Origin: Gammaproteobacteria bacterium
Lineage (GTDB): Bacteria; Pseudomonadota; Gammaproteobacteria; UBA4575
Direction of reading: 5' to 3'
Length of the DNA: 64,000 nucleotides
Assembly: GCA_965220895.1 (NCBI GenBank)
Contig: OZ244850.1
Span: forward strand, 1,218,962 to 1,282,961
The notes under the pieces were generated by a model, which saw nothing but the letters and a program-made list of their open reading frames with translations, had not been told where the DNA came from and made no database searches. Shown in pieces: positions 30,778 through 41,076 of this stretch. Position numbers and translations under genes: made by a program. Positions within the stretch are counted from its first letter, which is position 1, and every line of letters begins with the position of its first letter.

Positions 30778-32229
30778 TCACTGGACGATTTTGATCCATT
30801 GGCCGGGTTTGGGCTCGCCCTTGGGATACATGCCATTGATCAGACGCAACCGTTCTACGGGGTGATTGGGAAGAGTCGATTGTTTTGCCAGGGAAGCGAA
30901 AGTATCGCCTGACTTTGCACGAATCAGCCGGATGCGCTGGGACTCAGCCAATTTTTTTTCACCTCCCTTGAGGTTTCGCATGCTCAGAACCGTCTTGAGC
31001 ACGGCACTGTCGTGGCGGTCCAAGGCACCCTGGTCTTTGCCGACAGCCGTAATCGTGTAGACACGTGTATCCTGGATCACTGCTGCTACACGTCCCGGCC
31101 TGGACGCTCCCTTGATGTTCAGGGTGGTATACCCTGTGTATCCCGCGAAATCTGCAGTCTGTATGTCTTGACCCTGATGGAGTCGCCCTCGGGTTTGCCG
31201 TGCCAGAAATTCCTTGGAGGTCAGGTACCTGTTCAGGTCCTGTGCAGTGATTACCAGCTGCAGCTCCCTGTCTGCAGGTCTTGCCACCAGGCGACTGGGC
31301 AGGTTTTCTATTTTCCAGCCTTCGGGAAACTCAATAAAGAGATCAAGATCACCATGATAGAACTTTTTGCCTCGCAATATACCGTCGCTTTCGGCAGGGC
31401 CGACCGTGAGTCCCTCAATGTAGTGCAAAAATTTCTCGCGATTGACCTTGCGGGCGACTGTTGACTTGAATTTGTCTGCTGCCTGTACCACCTCATGAAG
31501 ACGCGTGTCGTTATCCGGGTGGGTTGCAAAGATACCGTGATAAACGTTGGGTTCGCGTCCTTCTCGTTCAGCCAGATTCCTTTCGAACTCTTCCTGGGAT
31601 TTAAGGATGCCCAGAACGCTGATCATCTCCTCGGGGTCATAGCCGGTACGGGCCAGATACTCGGCACCCAGGCGATCCGCTTCCAGTTCGTGCTTGCGTC
31701 CGTAACCGCGGATCAGTGCGACACTCCCGATCCCTGCAGCCTGTGATGCAATTTGGCTTCCTGTCAGAACCTCGATGCCCGCACCCAGTAAATCGGTCAA
31801 TTTCCCGGCACTTTGCTGGCGGACTCCGTGCCGAGCCGTGACATGACCGATTTCATGACCAAGCACACCTGCCAGCTCGGCTTCTGAATTCATGTAGGCC
31901 ATGATGCCGCGTGTGATGTATATGTAGCCTCCTGGCAAGGCGAAGGCATTGATCTGTGGGCTGTCCAGAACCGTTACATGGAATACTAGGTCTTTGCGGT
32001 GACTTTGTTGCGACAGTTCCCGAACAATCCCTTCAACATAGTCTTGCAGTTCAGGGTCATTGTATGGGCGGTATTGCCGCATCATTTCCCGGTGTGCCTG
32101 CCGGCCCAGGCTGATCTCCTGATCTTCGCTCATCAGCACCAGATCCTGTTTGCCCGTGACCGGGTTGGTGGCGCATCCTGAAAAGAACAGACATCCTGAG
32201 AGGATCAAGCACGTGACAAAAGATTTCAT
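30778..32229 (-). CDS. M48 metalloprotease lipoprotein with C-terminal LysM
   Basis: Lipobox FSGC, NAFALPGG, HEIGH, ELEAD, THP, GDTFASLA. Confidence 0.9.
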   Translation of the reverse strand: MKSFVTCLILSGCLFFSGCATNPVTGKQDLVLMSEDQEISLGRQAHREMMRQYRPYNDPELQDYVEGIVRELSQQSHRKDLVFHVTVLDSPQINAFALPGGYIYITRGIMAYMNSEAELAGVLGHEIGHVTARHGVRQQSAGKLTDLLGAGIEVLTGSQIASQAAGIGSVALIRGYGRKHELEADRLGAEYLARTGYDPEEMISVLGILKSQEEFERNLAEREGREPNVYHGIFATHPDNDTRLHEVVQAADKFKSTVARKVNREKFLHYIEGLTVGPAESDGILRGKKFYHGDLDLFIEFPEGWKIENLPSRLVARPADRELQLVITAQDLNRYLTSKEFLARQTRGRLHQGQDIQTADFAGYTGYTTLNIKGASRPGRVAAVIQDTRVYTITAVGKDQGALDRHDSAVLKTVLSMRNLKGGEKKLAESQRIRLIRAKSGDTFASLAKQSTLPNHPVERLRLINGMYPKGEPKPGQWIKIVQ

Positions 32230-32440
32230 CCTTGGAAGCATGGGCTTTCCCGGAATGGTCGTCAACCAAACAGGGCCTGGCAGCATTCAGGAGTACTTAT
32301 TTGGTGTCGCATCTTGAGCGGGCCAGCGCAAAGCCGGCGGCATTCTTGGTGACTGGCGACAGGCTGGCAGCTACGTCAGGGCCGCTCGAGCGGGCCTTCA
32401 GGTGTTCAAAAATTGCTGGATGCTGGCAGGATGCGGTGGA

Positions 32441-32650
32441 TCAGCTTTTTTGGCCATAGCGCTTTCTGAACTTGTCCACCTGTCCGGCAGTATCCACGAT
32501 CTTCTGCTTGCCTGTGAAGAAAGGGTGACATTGTGAGCATACGTCGATATGCAGGGACTCGGCTCCGTAGGTCGAGCGCGTGGTAAAGCGGTTCCCACAG
32601 TTGCAAATTACCTCGACTTCCTGATAATCGGGATGGATATTGGCTTTCAT
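32441..32650 (-). CDS. rpmE: 50S ribosomal protein L31 (Zn-binding type)
   Basis: [26 protein letters not shown]. Confidence 0.97.
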   Translation of the reverse strand: MKANIHPDYQEVEVICNCGNRFTTRSTYGAESLHIDVCSQCHPFFTGKQKIVDTAGQVDKFRKRYGQKS

Positions 32651-32802
32651 AATCTTGACGTCTCCTGCAAAGTGGCAGGGAGCATACTGAACCCCAACCA
32701 TCAACTCAAGTGCTTGACCCGGAGAGGTTAAGTTAGCCGATTCCTTTAAAGTATTTTTAACCATTTTTACTTAACTAATTGTCCATGGGAAGGTTTATGG
32801 CG

Positions 32803-33013
32803 TAATCCACAAATTTTGTGGATAAGATTGTGGACAATTCTCAAACATCGCTACAAATCCCGAGAAATATGACATATTTGTTAGACTGCTTAAATAACGT
32901 ACGATATTCTAATTAATTGATTATTAATGATATATTTCGTGCTTGTCGTTTTGAGCCAGGCACCGTCATGCAAAAACTCGCCTGGTTCGGCTTTTTATTT
33001 CAGTTGTGCATAA
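32803..33013. promoter_or_regulatory. DnaA-box/IHF cluster 2 (datA-like)
   Basis: TAATCCACA at 32803, TGTGGATAA at 32817, TGTGGACAA at 32829, IHF consensus (minus strand AATCAATTAATTA) at 32910-32922, TGTGCATAA at 33005. Confidence 0.65.
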
Positions 33014-33185
33014 CTCCATGCCCGAAACGGCAGATTCAGGGCAATTTCTCCACACCGGGACGCCTCGAGACCGGTGTCAGCAGGCCTCAGGCGATGTTCC
33101 AATGAAGCCGCCTGGCGGGCCGAATCCGGGCAGAAGGCGAGCTGCGCGCTGATCCGGTGCAGGCCCTGCGCAGTCCTCCCGCGGG

Positions 33186-34367
33186 CTACTGGGTGCCGAG
33201 GGGTGTTGCCGGTGCTTCGGGAAGCAGGCGCATCAGGAGGTCGTCCAGGTAGCGGTACCCGGTTTCACTGCAGTGCAAGCCGTCATCGAGGCGGACCACA
33301 AGCCCCTCCTGGACCAGGGCCTGAAGTTTCGTTGACAGCCAGGTAAAGGAAAGGCCGGTATTGCGTTCGAACAGTTGCCGGGTGAATCCCGATTTCATGC
33401 GCAGGGCATTCAACAAAAACTCGAAAACCAGCTCATCGTGACTCAGGCGATGACGCGTGGGTTCGGCAGAAGGGCTATTGAGTGCCTGTTCCATGTATTG
33501 CAGCGGATTTTTGGGTTTTTCGCTGCGCCAGACGCCAGTCTGGTCAAAGCTGATCTTCTGGTGCGCTCCGGCCCCGATGCCGAGGTAGTCTCCAAACTGC
33601 CAGTAATTCGTGTTGTGGATGCATTTGAACTGGTCTTTTGCGTAGGCGGAAATCTCGTACTGTTGCCAGCCTTGCCGGGACAGCAGGTCTGCCCCCTGCT
33701 GATGGATGGCCCAGCCGAGCTCATCGTCCGGGAGCGTGGGTGGGTGACGGTAAAAGTGTGTATGCGGTTCGAGTGTCAGCTGGTAATAGGAAATATGGGA
33801 AGCTGCCAGGGCGATGGCCTGTTCGACGTCCCGCCGGGCCTGCTCCAGGGTCTGCCCCGGCAGGGCGTACATCAGGTCGATGTTGATATTTTCAAAGTGT
33901 GCCTGCTTGGCTGCGAGCACGGCCTGTTTCGCAGTGCCAGCGTCGTGGATGCGCCCAAGTGCGCGCAGCAGGGTATCGTCAAAGCTCTGTGCGCCAATCG
34001 AGATTCGATTGACTCCAGCACTTCGAAAGCCGGCAAAGTTTTGCTGATCGAAGGTGCCCGGGTTGGCTTCGATCGTAATTTCCGCATCTTGTGCCAGGGC
34101 GGTTTCATGTGCGACCGCATCCAGCAGCCGTTCGATGCTGTGAGCAGAGAACAGGCTGGGCGTGCCCCCGCCTATGTAAACACTGTCGATGCTTCGCCCG
34201 GTCACGGCATTCGCCTGTTTTTTCAGGTCCGCAATCAGTGCATCGACATAGCGGGTTTCGGGCAGGGCAGATCGTTTTTGGTGTGAGTTAAAGTCACAGT
34301 ACGGACACTTTCTGACACACCAGGGGATGTGGACATAAAGTGACAGGGGTATTTCGACGGCCTGCAT
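33186..34367 (-). CDS. hemW: Radical SAM heme chaperone HemW
   Basis: YVHIPWCVRKCPYCDF, GGGTPS, HNTNYW. Confidence 0.94.
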   Translation of the reverse strand: MQAVEIPLSLYVHIPWCVRKCPYCDFNSHQKRSALPETRYVDALIADLKKQANAVTGRSIDSVYIGGGTPSLFSAHSIERLLDAVAHETALAQDAEITIEANPGTFDQQNFAGFRSAGVNRISIGAQSFDDTLLRALGRIHDAGTAKQAVLAAKQAHFENINIDLMYALPGQTLEQARRDVEQAIALAASHISYYQLTLEPHTHFYRHPPTLPDDELGWAIHQQGADLLSRQGWQQYEISAYAKDQFKCIHNTNYWQFGDYLGIGAGAHQKISFDQTGVWRSEKPKNPLQYMEQALNSPSAEPTRHRLSHDELVFEFLLNALRMKSGFTRQLFERNTGLSFTWLSTKLQALVQEGLVVRLDDGLHCSETGYRYLDDLLMRLLPEAPATPLGTQ

Positions 34368-34391
34368 TCGGGTGGCGCGAATTGCGCGGCT

Positions 34392-34982
34392 TCAGCTGAG
34401 TCTGTGCATCAGTTTTTGCAGGGCCTGGGCCCGGTGGCTGATGCGGTTTTTCTCGGCGGGGTCGAGTTGTGCAGAGGAGCAGTCATGGGACGGGACATAA
34501 AACAGGGGGTCGTAACCGAACCCGTTGCAGCCTGCGGTCTCGTGCAGAATACGGCCTTCCCAGGTACCTTGGCAGAGGATGGGCATGGGGTCGTGCGCAT
34601 GTCGCATGTACACGATGACGCACCGGAAGCGTGCAGTGCGTTCGTGGTCGGGCACCCCCCGAAGCTCGGCAAGCAATTTTTCATTGTTTGCCGCATCACT
34701 GGCATGTTCACCTGCATAACGTGCGCTGTAGATGCCAGGAGCACCTCGCAGCGCATCCACTTCGATGCCTGAGTCATCCGCCAATGCGCCCAGCCCGCAT
34801 TGCAATGCCGCATGCCGCGCCTTGATGATTGCATTTTCCACGAAGGTAGTGCCGGTTTCGGCAACCTCTCCGACCTGCAGTTCGGATTGCGCGATGAACC
34901 GGTATCGTTGCTTGTCGACCACGGCCTGGATTTCCCTGAGCTTGGCGGCGTTGTTGCTGGCTAGAACAATCTTTTCGGCCAT
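34392..34982 (-). CDS. rdgB: dITP/XTP pyrophosphatase
   Basis: ADDSG, PGIYSARY, GFGYDPLF, ISHR. Confidence 0.96.
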   Translation of the reverse strand: MAEKIVLASNNAAKLREIQAVVDKQRYRFIAQSELQVGEVAETGTTFVENAIIKARHAALQCGLGALADDSGIEVDALRGAPGIYSARYAGEHASDAANNEKLLAELRGVPDHERTARFRCVIVYMRHAHDPMPILCQGTWEGRILHETAGCNGFGYDPLFYVPSHDCSSAQLDPAEKNRISHRAQALQKLMHRLS

Positions 34983-35711
34983 TTAGATTCCCAGGCAGTC
35001 CTTTTGGCACTGGATAATCTCCTGGATGCCCTGGTCGGCAAGCTCCAGCAGGGCTGCCAGCTCCTCACGGGAGAAGGCCTGCTGTTCGGCGGTCCCCTGG
35101 ACTTCGATGAACGATTGTGCATCGGTCATGACAATGTTCATGTCGGTATGCGCAGTACAGTCTTCCACATAATCGAGATCCAGTACCGGAACGTGATCGC
35201 AGATACCGACCGATACTGCTGCCACGAAATGTTGCACGGGATTTGCTGGGATCTTGTCGGCCTCGACCAGTCGCATAAGTGCCATGTACAAGGCAATAAA
35301 CCCGCCGGAGATCGAAACCGTACGTGTCCCTCCATCGGCTTGGATCACGTCACAGTCGACCGTGACGGCATACCCGTCCAGCCCTTGCAGGTCCACGCCA
35401 GCACGCAGGGAACGGCCAATCAGGCGCTGGATTTCCAGGGTGCGTCCTCCCTGTCTGCCACGCGCTGCCTCCCGGGGCATGCGCTCGTTTGTCGAGCGTG
35501 GCAGCATGCCGTACTCGGCAGTGATCCAGCCTTGGGACTTGCCTTTGAGAAATTTCGGCACTTGATCCGTAGTAGTTGCGGTACAAACCACCCGGGTGTC
35601 TCCGAATTCCGCCAGTACGGAGCCTTCGGCATGTCGGGTATAGTCGAGTGTGAACCGAATCTCGCGCAGTTGGCCGGGACTGCGACCGCTGGGTCGGGTT
35701 GTAGGGTTCAT
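34983..35711 (-). CDS. rph: Ribonuclease PH
   Basis: [28 protein letters not shown]. Confidence 0.97.
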   Translation of the reverse strand: MNPTTRPSGRSPGQLREIRFTLDYTRHAEGSVLAEFGDTRVVCTATTTDQVPKFLKGKSQGWITAEYGMLPRSTNERMPREAARGRQGGRTLEIQRLIGRSLRAGVDLQGLDGYAVTVDCDVIQADGGTRTVSISGGFIALYMALMRLVEADKIPANPVQHFVAAVSVGICDHVPVLDLDYVEDCTAHTDMNIVMTDAQSFIEVQGTAEQQAFSREELAALLELADQGIQEIIQCQKDCLGI

Positions 35712-35809
35712 AAGTCAACCTGAGAGGGATCAAAGAGGCGTATTATACGGAAAAAGTTTGCTTGCGAAGGCGCAGGCTTTACCAGAACGGCTAGAAAAGG
35801 AACCATCTC

Positions 35810-36676
35810 ATGCTCTGCAGTATGACAGGATTTGCGCGCGTCGAGGACACAGCCCAGCAGGGAAGCCTGTGCTGGGAGGTGCGCTCGGTCAACCACCGTT
35901 ACCTGGACGTGAATTTCCGCCTGCCGGAGGAGGTTCGCAGACTGGAGGCGCGATTGCGCAGCCATCTTCAAAATCGGCTTGCACGCGGGAAAATTGACTG
36001 TGTATTTCGCTATCGAATGACGGAGTCGCAAACCGCGGCACTGGAATTGAACCGGCCGCTGCTAGACAGTCTGGTGCAGCAAATTCGCAAGGTGAATGAA
36101 AAGCTACCCATTTCTGCACCGGTCACCGCGACAGACATCCTGGCCTGGCCCGGTATGATTCAGGCCGTTGAGGATGACCAGGAAAGTTTCCATGTAGCCT
36201 GTTTCAGCCTGTTTGAGGAGGCCATTGGCCAGCTTGTAGACATGCGTGCAGCAGAAGGTCGAAGGATCGAAAAAATATTGCAGGACAAGTGTGCTGAGGT
36301 TCAATCGATTGTCCGCGATGTGCGGGTCCAGCATCCTCAGGCATTGGCCTCAATCCGGGAAAAGCTGCAACAACGCATCGAAGAGTTGCTGGATGGAGTG
36401 GATCAGGCGCGTTTCGAGCAGGAACTCGTCTACCTCGCACAGAAAATGGATATCATGGAAGAGTTGGACCGCTTGGACAGCCACTTGGATGAAATGGAAT
36501 CCATATTTGCATGTCAGGAAGCTACCGGCCGACGACTGGATTTCCTGATGCAGGAATTTCATCGTGAAGCGAACACCCTGGCGGCAAAATCTGCAGATGT
36601 GGAAACCACCCAGGCCGCGGTCGATTTGAAGGTGTTGATTGAGCAGATGCGTGAACAAGTTCAGAACGTGGAATAA
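35810..36676 (+). CDS. yicC: YicC/YloC endoribonuclease
   Basis: SMTGF, RSVNHRYL, GRRLDFLMQE, REQVQNVE. Confidence 0.95.
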   Translation: MLCSMTGFARVEDTAQQGSLCWEVRSVNHRYLDVNFRLPEEVRRLEARLRSHLQNRLARGKIDCVFRYRMTESQTAALELNRPLLDSLVQQIRKVNEKLPISAPVTATDILAWPGMIQAVEDDQESFHVACFSLFEEAIGQLVDMRAAEGRRIEKILQDKCAEVQSIVRDVRVQHPQALASIREKLQQRIEELLDGVDQARFEQELVYLAQKMDIMEELDRLDSHLDEMESIFACQEATGRRLDFLMQEFHREANTLAAKSADVETTQAAVDLKVLIEQMREQVQNVE

Positions 36677-36696
36677 ACCGTGAGCATACAGATCCA

Positions 36697-37218
36697 ATGA
36701 CAAACGAGACGCACTCCGAAAGGCATCAGGTAAAAATTTTCTGTACCGGGGGGACGCTGGACAAGGTGTACTTTGATGCACTGAGCGAATACCAGATCGG
36801 CGACCCCGTAGTGAACGATATCCTCGAAGAGGCCCGGGCCAGGTTTCCGTTCGAGGTGCAATCCATCCTTAAAAAGGACAGCCTGGAGATCAGTCCTGAA
36901 GACCGGCAGCAGATCGTTGAGCACGTCAAGGCCGAACCCTGTACACGTATACTGATTACCCATGGCACCGATACCATGGTGGATACGGCACGCTGCCTGC
37001 AGGGCATCCCTGACAAGACGATTGTGCTGACAGGGGCCATGCAGCCTGCACGGTTTCGTAGTACCGATGCCATCTTCAATATCGGCTATGCCATTGCTGC
37101 GGTCCAGCACCTTCCTCATGGTGTGTACCTGGCCATGAACGGAGAGCTTTTCAGTCCGAAGTCCGTGCAAAAGAACCGCGAGGCAGGACAATTCGAGTGG
37201 GTCCAGGATAGCGAGTAA
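36697..37218 (+). CDS. Short asparaginase-domain protein
   Basis: TGGTLDK, THGTDTM, LTGAMQP; N-terminal domain only. Confidence 0.85.
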   Translation: MTNETHSERHQVKIFCTGGTLDKVYFDALSEYQIGDPVVNDILEEARARFPFEVQSILKKDSLEISPEDRQQIVEHVKAEPCTRILITHGTDTMVDTARCLQGIPDKTIVLTGAMQPARFRSTDAIFNIGYAIAAVQHLPHGVYLAMNGELFSPKSVQKNREAGQFEWVQDSE

Positions 37219-37233
37219 AAATGACCTCCCGGC

Positions 37234-37259
37234 CTTGAAAAAATCTTTTCAGCCCACAT
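37234..37259 (+). promoter_or_regulatory. sigma32 heat-shock promoter
   Basis: CTTGAAA-N13-CCACAT upstream of hsp20. Confidence 0.75.
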
Positions 37260-37305
37260 TTCTATAAGCATCTACCGTTTAAATTTTTATTTCAGGAGGT
37301 GCAAG

Positions 37306-37743
37306 ATGCTTGCAAGAAGGATATACCGTGACCCGTGGGAAACATTACGGGAATTCCAGGGGGAAGTGGACCGAATTCTGCACGGCAGCACAGCAGGCTA
37401 CACAGACACTGCATCCGACTGGGTGCCGCCGATCGATATCAAGGAAGGTGAAGATGCCTATGAGGTCAGTGCCGATGTGCCCGGTGTGGACCCGAAGGAT
37501 ATCGAAGTTTCTCTTGAAGATGGCGTGTTGACTGTGAAAGGTGAGCGCAGGACAGAAAGTCAGGACGAGAATCTTGGCTATACTCGTACAGAGCGGGCCT
37601 ATGGAAGTTTTTTCCGACGCTTTACCCTGCCTGACACCGCCGACGCAGACAACATTTCTGCCAGAACGGAGCATGGGGTGCTCAAGCTCCATGTGCCGAA
37701 GAAGGAGAAAGCGTTACCGAAAAAGATCTCGGTACAGGGATAA
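37306..37743 (+). CDS. Hsp20 small heat-shock protein
   Basis: WVPPIDI, DVPGV, ERAYGSFFRRFTLP, GVL..PK. Confidence 0.95.
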   Translation: MLARRIYRDPWETLREFQGEVDRILHGSTAGYTDTASDWVPPIDIKEGEDAYEVSADVPGVDPKDIEVSLEDGVLTVKGERRTESQDENLGYTRTERAYGSFFRRFTLPDTADADNISARTEHGVLKLHVPKKEKALPKKISVQG

Positions 37744-37775
37744 ACCCGGTTCCGGTCCAGCGTGTCCGGCACCAC

Positions 37776-37805
37776 CAGAATGCCGCGGCAAGCCGCGGCA
37801 TTCTG
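37776..37805. other. Perfect GC-rich inverted repeat between hsp20 and cbpA
   Basis: CAGAATGCCGCGGC-AA-GCCGCGGCATTCTG, with no U-tract. Confidence 0.7.
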
Positions 37806-37835
37806 CAAGGGTTTGCCGCATAGTTTGGTGCGCGT

Positions 37836-38744
37836 ATGCAATACAAAGACTACTATGAGGTACTGGGTGTCAAGCGTGATGCAAAAGAGGCTGAAATCAA
37901 AGCCGCCTATCGCCGCCTTGCGCGAAAATACCATCCGGATGTCAGCAAGGAACCTCATGCGGAACAGAACTTCAAGGAAGTGGGCGAGGCCTATGAAGTC
38001 CTGAAGGACCCCAAAAAACGACAGGCCTATGACCAGTTGGGTGCGAACTGGCGCGCAGGCCAGGATTTTCAGCCGCCGCCGGGCTGGCGGGATACGCACT
38101 TCACAGGCCCGGGTTTTTCACACCATACTTTTTCACAGGCAGGATTCGGAGCCTCCGGTTTCAGCGATTTTTTTGAATCGCTGTTCGGCGAGGACTTCCT
38201 GCATGAAGCATCACAGAAGACCCGAGGAGTCGACCAGCGTTCAAGCCTGGAGATATCCCTGGAAGAGGCCTTTTCCGGAACGAATAAGCATGTCCGTCTG
38301 CAGAATGGGCGCAGCCTCGAAGTCAAGATTCCACCCGGGGTGACTTCAGGGAAACGGATACGGCTTGCCGGTCAGGGCGCAGCAGGGCGCAAGGGGGGTC
38401 ACCGTGGCGATCTTTATTTTGAAGTCGTGGTTCGCCCACACAGGCTTTATCGGCTGGATGGCCGGGATGTCCTGCTGGATCTTCCAATTTGTCCATGGGA
38501 GGCCGCGTTGGGTGCGAGTGTCCAGGTTCCCACGCTTGGTGGCCGTGTACAGACCCGCATACCGACCGGCTCGAAGTCAGGCAACCGATTACGCTTGAAA
38601 AACCGTGGCTTGCCTGGGTCCCCCACCGGGGATCAGATTGTCACATTGCAAATCGTTACACCCGAGGCAGGCGACGAGGCGGACCGGGAGTTCTATCAGG
38701 AGATGGCAAGGCGCTTCAAATTCAACCCGCGTGAATACTTTTAG
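37836..38744 (+). CDS. cbpA: DnaJ class B protein (CbpA-like)
   Basis: J-domain HPD, G/F region, no Zn finger, PWEAALG. Confidence 0.85.
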   Translation: MQYKDYYEVLGVKRDAKEAEIKAAYRRLARKYHPDVSKEPHAEQNFKEVGEAYEVLKDPKKRQAYDQLGANWRAGQDFQPPPGWRDTHFTGPGFSHHTFSQAGFGASGFSDFFESLFGEDFLHEASQKTRGVDQRSSLEISLEEAFSGTNKHVRLQNGRSLEVKIPPGVTSGKRIRLAGQGAAGRKGGHRGDLYFEVVVRPHRLYRLDGRDVLLDLPICPWEAALGASVQVPTLGGRVQTRIPTGSKSGNRLRLKNRGLPGSPTGDQIVTLQIVTPEAGDEADREFYQEMARRFKFNPREYF

Positions 38745-38804
38745 TCGTGTTTGCCCGTATAATCTTGGTCGGCCATCTTTCCGGGATATTCGGATTCAAT
38801 AATT

Positions 38805-40151
38805 ATGCTTAAAGTAGTGTTTCGAACGTTTGCGGCGACCGTCCTGTTGGGAGTCATTGCAGTGAGTGGCTTGGCTGTCGGTTCAGACAGCCAAACCCTG
38901 CCGACTTTGGCACCAATGCTGGAAAGGACCACTTCTGCGGTGGTCAATATTTCAACGACGGGCAAGGTGGTGGTGCGCGATCCTTTCTTCGATGATCCCT
39001 TCTTTCGAAGGTTTTTCGACGTGCCCAGGCAGCGGCGCGAGAGACGGATTTCCGGCTTGGGCTCGGGCGTTATCTTTGATGCTGATGACGGCTATATCGT
39101 GACCAATTCGCACGTGATCGACAAAGCCGAGGATATCGTGGTCACCCTGGAGAATGGCCAGCGCTTTGATGCCACCGTCATCGGCAAGGATCCGGGTGCA
39201 GACATTGCCGTGATTCAGGTCGAGGCAGACAACTTGACGGAAATCCCCCTGGGGGACTCGGACGAGCTGCGACAGGGCGATTTCGTGGTGGCCATCGGCA
39301 ATCCATTCGGTTTGGGTCAGACAGTGACTTCCGGAATTGTCAGTGCCCTTGGGCGCAGCGGGCTTGGCATTGAGTCGTATGAAGATTTCATCCAGACGGA
39401 CGCCTCCATCAATCCCGGAAATTCCGGGGGAGCCCTGGTCAACCTGCGTGGGGAATTGATCGGGATCAACACTGCCATTTACGGGTCGGGGGGCAATATC
39501 GGGATCGGTTTTGCCATCCCTGTCAACATGGCCAAGCAGATTACTTCCCAGCTGATCGAACACGGCGAAGTCCGGCGGGGCCGGCTGGGGTTTGTGGTGC
39601 AGGACCTGACTCCTGAACTAGCTGAAGCGTTTGGAGTGGCCCACAAAAAAGGTGTGGTGGTTGCGCGCGTAGAGGCAAAGTCTCCTGCACAAAAAGCAGA
39701 CATAAGAGTCGGGGATGTCATTGTCACAGTGAACGGGCGTGAGGTGGAAAATTCTGCGCAAGTACGCAATGAAATTGGACTGCTGCGCGTTGGTGCGCAG
39801 GTCAAGATCGAAGTATTGCGGGATGGCAAGCCCCGTACCTTGACGGCATCGGTGGGCAAGCACCTGAAACAGACCGTCAGCGGAAAATCGTTAAGCGATA
39901 AGTTGGCGGGTGCGAAGCTGAGTGAGGCCATGGAGGATCCTTCCCGTGGCACTGCGGCGGGTATTCAGGTGGTTGAGGCTGGAGGCCGAGCGGCCGCTGC
40001 CGGGATCCGCAAAGGGGATATCATTATCAGCGTGAACAAAAAGCGGGTAAAAACAGTTCCAGACATGAAGGCCGCGATCAAGAAAAACCCCAAAACGCTG
40101 TTGCTGAATATTCAGCGTGAGAGGCGGGGCCTGTTCATTCTGATCCGCTAA
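38805..40151 (+). CDS. degQ: HtrA/DegQ serine protease
   Basis: TNSHV, IQTDASINPGNSGG, two PDZ domains. Confidence 0.9.
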   Translation: MLKVVFRTFAATVLLGVIAVSGLAVGSDSQTLPTLAPMLERTTSAVVNISTTGKVVVRDPFFDDPFFRRFFDVPRQRRERRISGLGSGVIFDADDGYIVTNSHVIDKAEDIVVTLENGQRFDATVIGKDPGADIAVIQVEADNLTEIPLGDSDELRQGDFVVAIGNPFGLGQTVTSGIVSALGRSGLGIESYEDFIQTDASINPGNSGGALVNLRGELIGINTAIYGSGGNIGIGFAIPVNMAKQITSQLIEHGEVRRGRLGFVVQDLTPELAEAFGVAHKKGVVVARVEAKSPAQKADIRVGDVIVTVNGREVENSAQVRNEIGLLRVGAQVKIEVLRDGKPRTLTASVGKHLKQTVSGKSLSDKLAGAKLSEAMEDPSRGTAAGIQVVEAGGRAAAAGIRKGDIIISVNKKRVKTVPDMKAAIKKNPKTLLLNIQRERRGLFILIR

Positions 40152-40197
40152 CGGCCGATACAGCAAGCCCCTGAAGCACAGGCCTGTGCTGCGCAGG

Positions 40198-40431
40198 TCA
40201 TCCACCCGTGACCGGAGGGAAGAAAGCTACCTCGTCGCCGTCGTGGACCACCTGTGTGAAGTCCGCATATTCCTGGTTGATGGCGACCAGCACCCGTACA
40301 GGGCGTTGCATGCCACTCGTCGTTTGTTGCCAGATCTCTTCCACGGTGGCTTGGCCGGTGATTGAGATCTCATCACTGGACCGTCCAATCGTTTCCCGCA
40401 GACTGGCAAAATACTTTACATGGACAGGCAT
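40198..40431 (-). CDS. moaD: Molybdopterin synthase sulfur carrier
   Basis: YFASLRE...GDEVAFFPPVTGG. Confidence 0.93.
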   Translation of the reverse strand: MPVHVKYFASLRETIGRSSDEISITGQATVEEIWQQTTSGMQRPVRVLVAINQEYADFTQVVHDGDEVAFFPPVTGG

Positions 40432-40521
40432 TGGCTGTATGTCAGTATTTGTTCGACAATATGAAAGAATGGTTTGCACAGAATAGTACCATTACTGTCT
40501 GGGCAACATGGAGTCGATGAC

Positions 40522-41004
40522 GTGGATAAATTTACACATTTCAATGCTGCCGGAGAGGCGCATATGGTCAATATTGGTGAAAAACCTGTGGCACGTCGCA
40601 TTGCGGTTGCCGATGGGCGGATCTGCATGCGACAAGACACGCTGCAGCAAATACAAAGTGGCGGCCATGCCAAGGGTGATGTGTTGGGTATTGCGCGGAT
40701 TGCCGGGATAGCCGGTGCAAAAAAAACCCCGGACCTGGTTCCTTTGTGCCACTTGATTCCGCTGACCTCGGTGCAAATTGAGTTTGTCGTCGAGGACACT
40801 GCACCAGCCGTGTACTGCAAGGCCACTGTGGAAACGCTTGGTCAAACGGGCGCGGAAATGGAAGCCCTCACTGCCGTGCAAATTGCGTTATTGACAATCT
40901 ACGACATGTGCAAGGCCGGTGATCGCGGTATGACCATGCAAGCCATAGGGCTGGTCAAGAAATCCGGAGGGAAATCTGGGCTGTGGGAACGTGACAGGCA
41001 GTGA
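40522..41004 (+). CDS. moaC: Cyclic pyranopterin monophosphate synthase
   Basis: THFN..GEAHMV, PLCH, EMEALT, YDMCKA, KSGGKSG. Confidence 0.95.
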   Translation: MDKFTHFNAAGEAHMVNIGEKPVARRIAVADGRICMRQDTLQQIQSGGHAKGDVLGIARIAGIAGAKKTPDLVPLCHLIPLTSVQIEFVVEDTAPAVYCKATVETLGQTGAEMEALTAVQIALLTIYDMCKAGDRGMTMQAIGLVKKSGGKSGLWERDRQ

Positions 41005-41076
41005 GATTGGTCCTGAGGGTTTCTGGCATGAGCCCTTGCAGGATACAGCCCATTCAAGCAGCTTCGGTAGGCAGCC

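Noticed and set aside
32760-33060. oriC
   Set aside because: AT-rich with DnaA boxes, but there are no dnaA/dnaN/gidA neighbours, few GATC sites, and a similar element lies 6 kb away. It cannot be fully excluded without GC skew.
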